DNA of 32,000 nt from Halanaerobiaceae bacterium (GTDB lineage: Bacteria; Bacillota; Halanaerobiia; Halanaerobiales; Halarsenatibacteraceae), in the NCBI GenBank assembly GCA_003553485.1, contig PWEJ01000098.1, positions 1 through 32,000 of the forward strand, given 5' to 3'. Position numbers and translations under genes: made by a program. Below, piece after piece: positions 1 through 11,385 of the stretch. Within the stretch, counting starts at the first letter, position 1. Every line of letters begins with the position of its first letter. The notes under the pieces were generated by a model. That model was given only the letters and a program-made list of their open reading frames with translations, was not told the origin of the DNA and did no database searches.

Positions 1-33
1 AAATTACAACTTCTGGTTTACAGGGATAAAGGG

Positions 34-1671
34 CTATTCAGTTAGAATATCAAGGGCTTCCTCCTGCAGTGCTTCAGTCAGATAAGGAATACCCGTCAAT
101 TTTTCAACCTCCCTGTTTCCAGACATGAGGTCTGATTTTTCTATAGCAGAAAGATTAAACTTCCTAACCCCGGCCATGAGCTGCTTAAGGCCAGTGGCCA
201 GTTTGGTAGTCAAAGTATATAGGGCTACAGCCCCAAAGGGGATGTTTTCCATTTCTCGGGCTCCAACAATATCTTCCACATCATACCAGCCAGCAAAAAT
301 ATTGCGAGGTTTGCTGCCTGCTTCTTTGACAGTTTTTGGCAGTTCATCCCAGTTTCCATTTAATTCCGCTTTTCTATCAGGATAAAAGACTCCTTCTATA
401 TTAGAACCTAAAAATCCGGCAATCATGGGAGCCCTTCCCAGGCATACCATCTTAACATAGGGAGATCCTAAAGCTAAGGCCTTGAAGATATGATCTTCTC
501 TAGCAAAACCTCCGCCAAAGGATAGGTCCGGTACGTTAAAACCCTCTTCTGCCAATATTTCGGCAAATTCAACGGCTTTAGTATGCAGGGGTAGAGAAGG
601 AACGCCCCAGTGTTCCATCATATTCCAGGGACTCATTCCGGTTCCACCTCCTGCACCATCTATGGTTACCAGCTCTAGCTCAGCTTCTGCAGCAAAACGC
701 AAAGCCATAGCCAGTGCTCTCATACCATAGGCACCGGTCTTTAAGGAAATTCTTTCAAAACCTAAAGACCTCAAATAATCTACTCTATCAAGAAAATTTT
801 GCTTAAATATTGCTATATCATCAGCATCAGTACCGCCTAAACGGCTATGGCGGGCAAAACTATCTATAGCTCCTGATTCAAAGGATTTTTTGGTAACCTC
901 TTTGGTGGGATCGGGGTCGACAATATAACCTCTTTCAGCCAAAAACTCGGCATACTCCAGGCTTTTAACCTGGATTTCGCCACCTATATTTTTAGCTCCC
1001 TGGCCCCATTTTAGCTCTACTATTAGATCGTTACCATAATTCTCGATCAGATATTCAGCCACTCCATTGCGAGTGTCTTCAACGTTTAATTGCACAAAAA
1101 TATCTCCATAGCCATCTTGAGTGTATTTCTGATAAGTATTAATCCTTCTATCCATCTCAGGAGCTTCAGCAATCCCTCCCTTTTCCATCTGGGATTCTCT
1201 ATCGACTCCCACTACGTTTTCTCCAATAACCACTGGAAAACCAGCTAAAGCCGCGCCAATGGCAAAGGAGTCCCAGTATTTTTCAGCAATAAAAGTAGAA
1301 CCAAGAGCGCCTGTCATTATTGGTATTTTGGCCTTGCTTTCACCTTTATTGCCAAAGGACGACTCTATATTTACATTAGGATATATGCAGTCATCAGCAT
1401 CAGAAGTTAAATTTTCTTCCAGACCCTGAGCTCCAAAGGCATAGCCCTGTATTCTTAAGGCTTCATAGGAAGTCCCCTGAGGGTCAATGTTTTGGGCGCC
1501 AGCAGTTATGGAACCAAAATCCCTGGGATATAACATCTGCTTGCCATATAAAGAAGAAAGCCAGGTCTCACATTTGCCCCTACAATCTGATTGACAGAGG
1601 GTACATAGCCCTGAAGGACAGGGGTCACCTCTATTAACTGCTCCTAAAGCATCAATTCTTTTATCTGACAT
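34..1671 (-). CDS. Glutamate synthase-related FMN-binding protein (stand-alone GltB FMN-domain family)
   Basis: 545-aa ORF. N-terminal Cys cluster CPSGLCTLCQSDCRGKCETW. FMN-domain-type motif IDGAGGGTGMSP. AGGAGG lies 7 nt upstream of the ATG. Confidence 0.7.
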   Translation of the reverse strand: MSDKRIDALGAVNRGDPCPSGLCTLCQSDCRGKCETWLSSLYGKQMLYPRDFGSITAGAQNIDPQGTSYEALRIQGYAFGAQGLEENLTSDADDCIYPNVNIESSFGNKGESKAKIPIMTGALGSTFIAEKYWDSFAIGAALAGFPVVIGENVVGVDRESQMEKGGIAEAPEMDRRINTYQKYTQDGYGDIFVQLNVEDTRNGVAEYLIENYGNDLIVELKWGQGAKNIGGEIQVKSLEYAEFLAERGYIVDPDPTKEVTKKSFESGAIDSFARHSRLGGTDADDIAIFKQNFLDRVDYLRSLGFERISLKTGAYGMRALAMALRFAAEAELELVTIDGAGGGTGMSPWNMMEHWGVPSLPLHTKAVEFAEILAEEGFNVPDLSFGGGFAREDHIFKALALGSPYVKMVCLGRAPMIAGFLGSNIEGVFYPDRKAELNGNWDELPKTVKEAGSKPRNIFAGWYDVEDIVGAREMENIPFGAVALYTLTTKLATGLKQLMAGVRKFNLSAIEKSDLMSGNREVEKLTGIPYLTEALQEEALDILTE

Positions 1672-1868
1672 TATTATTCCTCCTAAAAATTCTCCCTGCT
1701 TGTTTAAATTTTGTTAAAAATACCTGCTATTGCTGCTATTACTCAACTTAAATAATAGATATGTATTGCTATGAATACTAACATATTACTTTACTATTGT
1801 AAAGGAAAGAGTAATAAATCTATATTTTCATATATTTATAAATATTTTTAATTTTATTGAACTGGCTT

Positions 1869-2579
1869 TTAAGTCAATCCCCGACGCTGATAACAGTAAA
1901 GCAAAAGTGCTAAAATCACTAAAGAGCTAAAGAGGATAAATCCAAGTCCCGTCAAATAAAGAGCCGTTGTAATCTCTGCTGTTAAAGTTTTTTCTAAAAG
2001 CAAAAGATAATGATAAGTGGGAAGCAGATAGGCTAACCTCTGCAAGACTCCCTGCTCCAACCCGGCGGTCTGCGGTATAATCAACAATAACAGGTAGACG
2101 GGCATGCCAATTATACCTGTAGAGCGCTGATCTTTAGCTACTAGACCAACTATCATTCCCACCATTATGGCAAAGATAACTGTTAGAGCAGTGGCCAATA
2201 TGATGAGAAAAAGAGCCCCATCCTGATTACCTGTTATGAAAATCAAAAGCAGGGCTACCATGATAATAGAAAGAAAAGTCAGTAACCCCTTACCTATAAT
2301 CACCTCCAGGGGGGTAGCCGGAGAAAGCAGCAACACCTCCATGGTATTCTTTTCCTTCTCTTCAGCTATCATAATCGAAGGTACATACATTCCCACCATG
2401 ACCACTAAAAACAAAAGGCCAAAGCTCAAAGCCACAGTCTCCTCCATTACCGGCAGGATATTATGCCAGAGAAAAGTTAGAAATACTGGCAGGGCATACA
2501 TGATTAATATATTGGGATTTTTCTTAATATCCTGCAATTCTTTGAGCACAATAGCCAGAATCCGCTTGAATTTTTTCAT
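1869..2579 (-). CDS. ABC-2 type transporter permease
   Basis: 236-aa highly hydrophobic ORF with about 6 predicted TM segments. Its start abuts the stop of the upstream ABC ATPase (2579/2580). Confidence 0.75.
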   Translation of the reverse strand: MKKFKRILAIVLKELQDIKKNPNILIMYALPVFLTFLWHNILPVMEETVALSFGLLFLVVMVGMYVPSIMIAEEKEKNTMEVLLLSPATPLEVIIGKGLLTFLSIIMVALLLIFITGNQDGALFLIILATALTVIFAIMVGMIVGLVAKDQRSTGIIGMPVYLLLLIIPQTAGLEQGVLQRLAYLLPTYHYLLLLEKTLTAEITTALYLTGLGFILFSSLVILALLLYCYQRRGLT

Positions 2580-3431
2580 CTATGTCAACTCCTTGCCAGT
2601 GATGGTGACAAATATATCAGCCAGGGAAGGCTCCTGGGAATGAATAGCCAATAATCTTTCCTGGGTTATAAGCAGTGATAATTTCTGGGCCAGCCGGTCC
2701 CTCTGAGTCATATCGAAAATTTTTTCTTTAACCTGACCTTCCTCACGATAAACAATCTTGATATCTGAGGAAGAATACTGTAGTTTCAATTTCTGCGGGG
2801 TCCCCTCTTCCACTAATCTACCCTGGTGTAAAAAAGCAACGCGATGACATAATTTATCGACCTCTTCCATATTATGTGAGGTCAGCAGAATTGTTATGCC
2901 TTTTTCATTTAACTGCTGTAATATTTTATGGATTACAGCAGCCGAGCCGGGGTCCAGTCCTGAAGTTGGTTCATCCAAAAATAAAATATCAGGCTCATGG
3001 AGGAGAGCTCTAATTAATAAAACCTTTTGCTTCATACCCCTGGAAAGTTTTTTGACGGCTCTACTCTTAAAATCCTGTAGATCTACTAGCTTCAAATAAC
3101 GATCAATTAAGGAATAATCCTGGTTATAGAGCCGACAGTAAAACTTTAAATTTTCTAAAATTGTCAGTCTTTCATAGAGGTTTGTATTTTCTGGCACTAT
3201 CCCCATTTTGCTTAGTAAATCCTCTCTATGGCTCTGGATGTTCTTTTCATATATATAGGCCTGACCGGCATCGGGCTTTAGTTGTCCCGTTAAAATTTTA
3301 ATAGCCGTGGTCTTGCCAGCCCCATTGGGTCCTAAAAGACCAAATATTTCTCCGGCAGCAACTTTCAGGTTAACCTCCTGTAATGCAGTGGTGCCATTAT
3401 AATTTTTGGCAATATTTCTTAGTTCAATCAT
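2580..3431 (-). CDS. ABC transporter ATP-binding protein
   Basis: Walker A GPNGAGKTT, signature LSRGMKQK, Walker B ILFLDEPTSGLD, H-loop TSHNMEE. Confidence 0.9.
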   Translation of the reverse strand: MIELRNIAKNYNGTTALQEVNLKVAAGEIFGLLGPNGAGKTTAIKILTGQLKPDAGQAYIYEKNIQSHREDLLSKMGIVPENTNLYERLTILENLKFYCRLYNQDYSLIDRYLKLVDLQDFKSRAVKKLSRGMKQKVLLIRALLHEPDILFLDEPTSGLDPGSAAVIHKILQQLNEKGITILLTSHNMEEVDKLCHRVAFLHQGRLVEEGTPQKLKLQYSSSDIKIVYREEGQVKEKIFDMTQRDRLAQKLSLLITQERLLAIHSQEPSLADIFVTITGKELT

Positions 3432-3482
3432 AGTTTACACTTCCCTATTAAATATATTATTTCAATTACCGGTCAAAATCAA

Positions 3483-3511
3483 TTGCTGATAGAGAGTTTT
3501 TATATTATAAT
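3483..3511 (+). promoter_or_regulatory. SigA-type promoter (TTGCTG-N17-TATAAT) for the 3637 ORF
   Basis: TTGCTG at 3483-3488, a 17-nt spacer, and perfect TATAAT at 3506-3511, about 125 nt upstream of the ATG. Confidence 0.45.
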
Positions 3512-3512
3512 A

Positions 3513-3537
3513 TAACTAACTAACCATTAGTTAGTTA
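3513..3537. promoter_or_regulatory. Perfect palindromic operator candidate TAACTAACTAA-cca-TTAGTTAGTTA
   Basis: 11-bp perfect inverted arms separated by 3 bp. It starts 2 bp after the -10 box, so it overlaps the predicted transcription start. It is too AT-rich to be a stable RNA hairpin. Confidence 0.5.
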
Positions 3538-3636
3538 ATCCGTGACTAGTAAGTTAAACCTTTAGTTAAATTCAAGATCCAAAAAGAAGTCAGCAGGTTA
3601 GCAGCAGAACAACACCATTTTGAAGGAGGGAAAGAT

Positions 3637-4791
3637 ATGGATCAATTGACAAAGGAAGATGTTATGGAATTAATATCCTCCGATTCCCGACCTAAAATCT
3701 CTCTCTACATGCCAACGGAAAAATCAGCTGGAAATGCCGTCAACAAGATGAAGATTAGAATCAAAAATTTGCTAAGCACTACCAGGAAAAAATTAAAGGA
3801 AGACTGGGATTTCTCGGAGATTGAGATGGATGATTTGCTCTCTCCCTTAGTGAGTTTAACCAATGACCGGGATTTTTGGCTTAGACAGAGTGATGGCCTG
3901 GCCATCTATCTTACCCCAGAAAATTTTCAATACTATCGCTTACCCCTAAACTTTTACGAGCAGGTATCAGTATGTAATTTTTTCGACCTCAAACAGGCAA
4001 TCCCTGAAATTTATGAAAATAGAGAGTTTTATTTATTAGCTCTCAGCAGAAACAATACCCGGTTGTTTTATTTGACCGAAAACAGTATAACTGAAGTAGA
4101 GTTAGATAAACTACCTGGCAGTTTTGCTGAAATATTAGAAAAAGACACCTCCGGAAGAACTTTACAGCATCATTCCAGCTCTAGAGGAGGTGGTTCAGCC
4201 GTCTTCCATGGCCAGGAAACTGTAGAAGGAGATAAAAAAGAGGATATTCTCCAATATTTTCGCCTGGTTGATGATGCCGTTAGCGAATATCTAAAAGGTA
4301 AAGGTATACCACTGTTGTTAATGTGCGCCGAAGAGATTTATCCCATTTATGAAAGAGCTAATACCTACCAGCACTTGCACGCCGACTTCGTTAAGGGCAG
4401 CCCAGGAAAATTAGAACCCCAGCAAATTTTTGCTGCCTCTCAAAAAGTTATAGCTCCCCTGACTAAATCGGACCGGCATAAGGCTATCGCTCGATTAAAA
4501 GAGCTAACTGGTACGGAAAAGGCAGAATCTGACCTGGAAACCCTGGTAACCGAAGCCTATTTTGGCAAAATCCAGACTCTTATTTTTGAAAAAGGAGTTG
4601 AGAAATACGGCTCTTACAATGTCGACAAGAATCAGGTCGTGTTCTCAGATAATGATAACCCTCAGGAAGACTATGAGCTCTTTAATTATACATTGTTAAA
4701 AACCATTTCTCAGGGAGGAGAAGCTTTTCTGGTTCCCCAGGAAGAAATGCCGGCAGAGGCAGGAAAAATCAACGCCATATATCGCTACTAA
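3637..4791 (+). CDS. Hypothetical protein, bacterial eRF1-like (baeRF-type) family candidate
   Basis: 384-aa ORF with GAAGGAGG RBS. The N-terminal pattern PKISLYMPT...IRIKNLL and the central SSSRGGGSAVFHGQE loop (HGQ at aa 191-193, nt 4207-4215) recall bacterial archaeo-eukaryotic release-factor-like families. Assigned from memory of family motifs only. Confidence 0.4.
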   Translation: MDQLTKEDVMELISSDSRPKISLYMPTEKSAGNAVNKMKIRIKNLLSTTRKKLKEDWDFSEIEMDDLLSPLVSLTNDRDFWLRQSDGLAIYLTPENFQYYRLPLNFYEQVSVCNFFDLKQAIPEIYENREFYLLALSRNNTRLFYLTENSITEVELDKLPGSFAEILEKDTSGRTLQHHSSSRGGGSAVFHGQETVEGDKKEDILQYFRLVDDAVSEYLKGKGIPLLLMCAEEIYPIYERANTYQHLHADFVKGSPGKLEPQQIFAASQKVIAPLTKSDRHKAIARLKELTGTEKAESDLETLVTEAYFGKIQTLIFEKGVEKYGSYNVDKNQVVFSDNDNPQEDYELFNYTLLKTISQGGEAFLVPQEEMPAEAGKINAIYRY

Positions 4792-4882
4792 TCTTATAGC
4801 GATTTATTGCAATTTAAGCTATTTACCTTAAATATATATATTATCAGGTTGAAAAATTAGCGACAAATTTTCCAGTGAATTC

Positions 4883-4917
4883 AAGCCCCTGCATTGATTC
4901 AGGGGCTTAATTTTTTT
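4883..4917 (+). terminator. Rho-independent terminator of the 3637 ORF
   Basis: Stem AAGCCCCTG (4883-4891) / CAGGGGCTT (4900-4908), 8-nt loop, then AATTTTTTT. The right arm overlaps the last codons of the convergent PHP ORF. Confidence 0.7.
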
Positions 4918-6365
4918 ACCGCTTCACCCCAGGTCAACTCTGCTGATTTTGCAGAATTACCCTGCCCCGGCGGAAGACAATATAAAGGATTGCTGAAGGC
5001 TAATAACCTATTATCTGCTGCCCGCACCTCCATTCTACCCCATCTATACTGTCGGCCTGACCAAGCAATTTCCACAATCAGCTGGCCCCGATTCACTATT
5101 TTTTTCTCCTGACGGGGAATCCCGTCTTCCAGCCATAACAGCCTGGCTTTTTTATATTCCGAAGATAAATTTACCTCAAGGGTAATCTTGATTTTATTCC
5201 CCTCAAGACAGATAGAAGTAATATTATCTCCGGGGTAAATTGCAGTATTAACTCCCTGGCCTTTCCAGGTAAGATCAAGACCTGTGGCTACCAGCAATTT
5301 CCCTTTAGCTAACGATTTTATCACTTCACTGGGCGATAGTTCAGGAGCCTTAATTATATTGCGTGGCTGGCCGATCTTCGATGGCAGTACATCAGGGGCA
5401 TAACTCTCCCCTGGTTTCATATGGATATCGCTGCCACCAAAGCCCCAGAGAAAGATTTTATTTTGCCAGAGATAATCCAGCAGCTTAATTGCTTTAACAC
5501 TGGATTCTTTACTCCCTGGGAGGCGAGGGTCCAGCAAGACTTCTAATCCTGTTAGCTGCTCAAAGGTTATTTCGTCATAATCCCAGGCCCAGTCTGATAA
5601 AAAAGGGTGACATATTATAACCTGAGCCCCATTATTTTTAGCTCTCTCCATAATTTGGGTCATAATTTTAGCTGACAGAGAAAAGGATTCACTGGCTTTA
5701 AATCCCTGGAGCAGTTTTATATAATCAGCGGTATAATACAACCTATCAACACCCAACAGATTAAAATGACCCCGGGAAGTGGTTACTTCCATGCCTGGAA
5801 TACTTAAGGGAGGAGCTTCTGATTGGGGCCACCCTGTAGGAAGCAGATTATGTTCTGTGATAAAATAAAAATCCAAATTCTGCCTGGCTGCTTCCTGATG
5901 TAACTCTTCAGGTTTCATCCTGCCATCTGACAGCAACGAATGGCAGTGTAGGTCGCCATCATACCAGTCCCTTTCAGTGGGCAAAGCTCTATTCCAGCAA
6001 TAATCATTTAACAATGGTTTTGTATCATCGTTTTTTTGGTCCAGAGGGGTTGCCCAGGTTTCTGCAGTTAACCGGGGGTAATCAGTACTAATTACTTTAG
6101 AATTTGAGCCTGCCTTGACCTGGATCCGAATAATAAAGGATTCTGACCTGGGTGGTAAGTAACAGACTAATCGCCAACTGCCAGAGGTTATTTTGCCTGC
6201 CACTCCTCCTAAGCTGGTATGCTCTCTTTTTTCTGCTAAAAAGATTTGCTTTATATCTTTATGGGAAGAATTGATGAATTGCAAGCGCAGATTATCATTA
6301 TTATCATATATTAATAACAGATAAAAATTCTGATAGCCACGGGATTTTAAATAATTCAAATTCAC
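4899..6365 (-). CDS. PHP-domain metallohydrolase (CehA/McbA-like)
   Basis: 488-aa ORF with PHP signature GDLHCHSLLSDG, FITEHN and ICHPF. The N-terminal roughly 130 aa look like a beta-rich accessory domain. The start is uncertain: GTG in the track, with an in-frame upstream extension (see findings). Confidence 0.7.
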   Translation of the reverse strand: MNLNYLKSRGYQNFYLLLIYDNNDNLRLQFINSSHKDIKQIFLAEKREHTSLGGVAGKITSGSWRLVCYLPPRSESFIIRIQVKAGSNSKVISTDYPRLTAETWATPLDQKNDDTKPLLNDYCWNRALPTERDWYDGDLHCHSLLSDGRMKPEELHQEAARQNLDFYFITEHNLLPTGWPQSEAPPLSIPGMEVTTSRGHFNLLGVDRLYYTADYIKLLQGFKASESFSLSAKIMTQIMERAKNNGAQVIICHPFLSDWAWDYDEITFEQLTGLEVLLDPRLPGSKESSVKAIKLLDYLWQNKIFLWGFGGSDIHMKPGESYAPDVLPSKIGQPRNIIKAPELSPSEVIKSLAKGKLLVATGLDLTWKGQGVNTAIYPGDNITSICLEGNKIKITLEVNLSSEYKKARLLWLEDGIPRQEKKIVNRGQLIVEIAWSGRQYRWGRMEVRAADNRLLAFSNPLYCLPPGQGNSAKSAELTWGEAVKKLSP

Positions 6366-6663
6366 TTCTAATTGTTTGGCCTCATTATCTAGGGTAAAAT
6401 AAAAAGACTTTATGGTAGGCCTGTCACTGGCTGCTACAGCTATCTCCTTAACCCAACTTAGCTCTTTAATATTACCACTCCCTCAAAGGCAAGATTAAGT
6501 GCCAACAGATTTAGTATACCGAAAAACTGGCTAAATGTCCATCTATCCTCAATTGGGCATCAATTGTGCTTTGCAAAAAACTTTGTTATACTTAATTTCC
6601 AGGCAAAATTAACGCTAGAAATAATTTTTCTCTTCCTATCTCATATTGCAAGGAGGATAATCA

Positions 6664-7656
6664 ATGAAGGCCAAAGATATTTTTACTGAATTACTTAATT
6701 CTCGCCAGAAAGTCAGAGAAAAAACAGCTGATGGTTTTAAGCCACCAATTATATTAGGTGATGGGGCTATGGGAACTGAATTAATGAAAATAGCCACCAG
6801 AGAAACAAAGATACCGCTACAGCACAATTTGATTAACCCGGCTAAAGTGAGTGAGATTCACCAGAGATATTTGCAGGCTGGCGCTGATATTATCACTACC
6901 AATACTTTTTGTGCTAATAGATTATATCTGCAACAGACTGAGATGAAGGAAGAAAGTGAAGCTATTAAAAGGCTGGTAAAGGAGATAAATCAAGGCGGAG
7001 CAGAAATTGCCAGGCAGGCAGTAAATAGTTTCCAAAAAAACAACTCCCGGACAGGTCCTAAATTGACAGCAGGCAGCATAGGTCCCACAGGCTCAGAAAA
7101 AGCAATCTTTCCTGAAGAGGGCGATAATAAAGAAGAGCTTATTAGGGCCTTTAAAGAACAGATTGCTGCCCTTGAAGAGGGAGGCGTTGATATTTTGATT
7201 TTTGAGACTTTTTCTTATCACCTGGAGTTAAGAGCAGCTTTAGAGGCAGCCGATAACTTTAGCCTGCCCTGGATTATTAACATGTCCTTTGATAATTATA
7301 ATACCACCAATTACGGCACTAAACCAGCTGATATGGCTCAAGTGGTGAGAGATTTTCCTCAAGAGAAAATTTTAGCTGCCGGAATCAATTGCATTGCTCC
7401 TGATAGGGGTTATCAGAAGACAATTAAAAACTTAACTGCTGAGTTAGCACCTCTACCCTTGAGTCTTTATTATAATGCTGGTACTCCTGAACTGGATATT
7501 GATTCTGGTAAGACCAGTTATAAGCTAGAGGAAAGTTTTTATAAAGAAATGGAAGAAGCAGCAAGACTAAAAAGCCCTGCTGCCAAAATATTAGGCGGTT
7601 GTTGTGGCACATCTCCTGCAGTTATCAAGGAATTAAAAACCCGCTTTAATATTTAG
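6664..7656 (+). CDS. Homocysteine S-methyltransferase family protein (stand-alone Hcy-binding domain)
   Basis: 330 aa. N-terminal GDGAMGTEL. Zn-ligand cysteines GINCIAP and GGCCGTSP near the C-terminus. AAGGAGG RBS. Confidence 0.85.
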   Translation: MKAKDIFTELLNSRQKVREKTADGFKPPIILGDGAMGTELMKIATRETKIPLQHNLINPAKVSEIHQRYLQAGADIITTNTFCANRLYLQQTEMKEESEAIKRLVKEINQGGAEIARQAVNSFQKNNSRTGPKLTAGSIGPTGSEKAIFPEEGDNKEELIRAFKEQIAALEEGGVDILIFETFSYHLELRAALEAADNFSLPWIINMSFDNYNTTNYGTKPADMAQVVRDFPQEKILAAGINCIAPDRGYQKTIKNLTAELAPLPLSLYYNAGTPELDIDSGKTSYKLEESFYKEMEEAARLKSPAAKILGGCCGTSPAVIKELKTRFNI

Positions 7657-7692
7657 TTTATCTTGGTATATCATTAAATAAAGAGAAGTTTC

Positions 7693-8652
7693 CTAAAGTA
7701 GATTTACTCCATTATAAAGAGAAAATTCCATGTCTTCACTGATCTTACTAATATCATAGGGGGTTTCCTGATAAACACAGTAATTAAGCCAGTTGCCAAA
7801 GAGAAGATGAGCATGAGCCCGCCAGGTATTTAAAGGTTTTTTACCAGGGTCCTCCCCGGTAAAATAATTCTGGGGCCTGGGCGGGTTTTCTTCTTTTTCT
7901 AAATCTCGCAGGTATTCATTCTTTAAAGTATCATGATCATATTCTGAGTGGCCGGTAACAAAGATCTGCCGGTTATCTTTATTAGCTACAATATAAACTC
8001 CTGCTTCAGGTGATTTAGCCAGTAATCTCAGCTCGTCACATTCTTTAATATCCTCTTCTCTTACCTCAGTATAGCGAGAATGAGGGGCATAAAATTCATC
8101 ATCAAAGCCCCGCAACAATTTGGTGTTCTGCTGGTGAATTCTATGTTTAAAGACCCCGGTTATCTTATCTTCTAGTGGATATTTATCTATTCCATAATGA
8201 AATTTCAATCCTGCCTGTGCTCCCCAGCAGAGATGAAGGGTAGAGAAAACATTAGAGCGAGTCCAGGCCATAATATCTTTAAGCTCACTCCAGTAATCAA
8301 CTTCTTGAAAAGCCATTCTTTCCACAGGAGCCCCGGTAATGATCATGCCATCATATTTTTGCTCTTTAATATCAGCAAAGACCTGATAAAACTTAACCAG
8401 ATGCTCCTGAGATACATTCTTGGCATCATAAGAAGCTGTCTGCAGTAAATCCACCTCTACCTGGAGAGGAGAGTTACTTAAAAGCCTTAAAATCTGGGTT
8501 TCGGTAGCTATTTTGGTGGGCATTATATTTAATACAACTATCCTCAAAGCCCTGATATCCTGAGTTAGAGCTCTCTGCTGGGGCATGACAAATATATTTT
8601 CTTCCTGTAATGTTTCAGCTGCTGGCAAATTGTCTGGTATTTTTATTGGCAT
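7693..8652 (-). CDS. metA: Homoserine O-acyltransferase MetA (probably O-acetyltransferase)
   Basis: [11 protein letters not shown]...[13 protein letters not shown]-terminus typical of MetA. 12 nt after the metY stop, with a GGAGG RBS. Confidence 0.9.
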   Translation of the reverse strand: MPIKIPDNLPAAETLQEENIFVMPQQRALTQDIRALRIVVLNIMPTKIATETQILRLLSNSPLQVEVDLLQTASYDAKNVSQEHLVKFYQVFADIKEQKYDGMIITGAPVERMAFQEVDYWSELKDIMAWTRSNVFSTLHLCWGAQAGLKFHYGIDKYPLEDKITGVFKHRIHQQNTKLLRGFDDEFYAPHSRYTEVREEDIKECDELRLLAKSPEAGVYIVANKDNRQIFVTGHSEYDHDTLKNEYLRDLEKEENPPRPQNYFTGEDPGKKPLNTWRAHAHLLFGNWLNYCVYQETPYDISKISEDMEFSLYNGVNLL

Positions 8653-8664
8653 AATTTTTCCTCC

Positions 8665-10143
<1,479 letters not shown>

Positions 10144-10174
10144 TTATTTAAGCTGTTATCGATTAGTTTTTATT

Positions 10175-10203
10175 ATGCTAACATAGAAAAGTAATTCTGT
10201 CAA
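10175..10203 (-). promoter_or_regulatory. Promoter of the S-box metY-metA operon (TTGACA-N17-TAGCAT with TG extension)
   Basis: Minus strand: TTGACA (10203-10198), 17-nt spacer ending in TGt, TAGCAT (10180-10175). About 35 nt upstream of the aptamer. Confidence 0.5.
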
Positions 10204-10256
10204 GATTTTTTTGAGGCTAAAAATTGAGCTGGAAAATCTAAACTGATATAGATAGT

Positions 10257-11366
10257 TTAACTCAAATAGGACATAACCTCATCTAAATCTATATGTGTTT
10301 TTACCAATTCTTGAATTTTTTCTATTTTTCTTCTATCATTGGGCCTTAACTTCACCGTCATCCCCTTAATGCGGCTGGCTACAGAATAGGTATCCTCTTC
10401 CGATTGCAGCATCAAAATACCCAGGTTCTCTGCCGTCTCAATCAGGGAGTCATGAGGTTTTAAACCTCCAGTAGCAATAATACCGGATACACTACCTCCT
10501 CGACCTGATTGCAGATGGATAGCTGTACGAGCCAGGGCAGAAACTATTATATCTTCGCGGTCACCACCGGTAATTAAAAGCTCTCTCCCCTTCAAATATT
10601 TTAAAGCCTCATGGGGAGTCATAGCGCCCACTATTATCTTACTTATGTTGCGGTGCATAACTGTTTTGCTGGCCTGGGTAAGAGGTTTAAACTCCGGACA
10701 TTCGGAAACAATATGTTCCAGGGTGGGATGAGTCAATATTCTTTCATAGGGTAAAACACCTAAAACATTCACCCCTCTATCCCTTAAACCTTTGCCGGTA
10801 ATCTCCTTAACCTCTTCATATTTCTTTTTAAAGACTTTGTTAATAACTACCCCCAGAATATCTATATCAAATTGTTTCAGAAAGGCAATATTTAACATAA
10901 CTGTATCAATGGTGCTGCCAAAGCCACCCTGGGCTACCAAAATCACTTTGGCGTCCAGCAGTTCTGCTACTCTAGGATTGGAAAGCTTAATCACCTCGCC
11001 AACACTGCATTTGCCTGACCCTTCAACTAAGACCATATCACGTCCTGTTTTGATTCTTTCATAGGCCAGAGCTAGCTGCTGCTCCACTTCTCGGCCACAA
11101 TCATGCTGGATGCAGTGTTTGGTATAGCCACTATCCACAATTATAGGACTTACATCTTTCAAATTATCATCAAAGCCGTAGATAGAATCTATAAGCTCTG
11201 CATCCTCATCAATTTTTAAGCCATCTTCGGTAGTGGTAAACCTCTGCCCCACTGGCTTCATATAACCAATTCTATCAACCTTCTCCAGCAGAGCCGATAT
11301 CATACCCACGGAAAAAGAAGTTTTTCCTCGGTCCTGCCCTGTTGCTGCAATAAAAAGATTTTTCAT
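10257..11366 (-). CDS. Pta N-terminal-like protein (BioD/CobQ-type nucleotide-binding fold + DRTGG domain, no PTA catalytic domain)
   Basis: 369 aa. N-terminus IAATGQDRGKTSFSVG resembles the non-catalytic N-terminal part of long phosphotransacetylases. DRTGG-type motif LITGGDREDII. AGGAGG RBS 19 nt after the RACo stop. Confidence 0.6.
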   Translation of the reverse strand: MKNLFIAATGQDRGKTSFSVGMISALLEKVDRIGYMKPVGQRFTTTEDGLKIDEDAELIDSIYGFDDNLKDVSPIIVDSGYTKHCIQHDCGREVEQQLALAYERIKTGRDMVLVEGSGKCSVGEVIKLSNPRVAELLDAKVILVAQGGFGSTIDTVMLNIAFLKQFDIDILGVVINKVFKKKYEEVKEITGKGLRDRGVNVLGVLPYERILTHPTLEHIVSECPEFKPLTQASKTVMHRNISKIIVGAMTPHEALKYLKGRELLITGGDREDIIVSALARTAIHLQSGRGGSVSGIIATGGLKPHDSLIETAENLGILMLQSEEDTYSVASRIKGMTVKLRPNDRRKIEKIQELVKTHIDLDEVMSYLS

Positions 11367-11385
11367 ATTCTAGCCTCCTAAATTA

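Noticed and set aside
6486-6663. A second S-box or other riboswitch, and a promoter, upstream of the homocysteine methyltransferase
   Set aside because: No CTTATCAAGAG...GGTGCCAA...GATAAG core or other recognisable leader is present. The TTGCAA and TATACT boxes there are only 10 nt apart, so no promoter could be supported.
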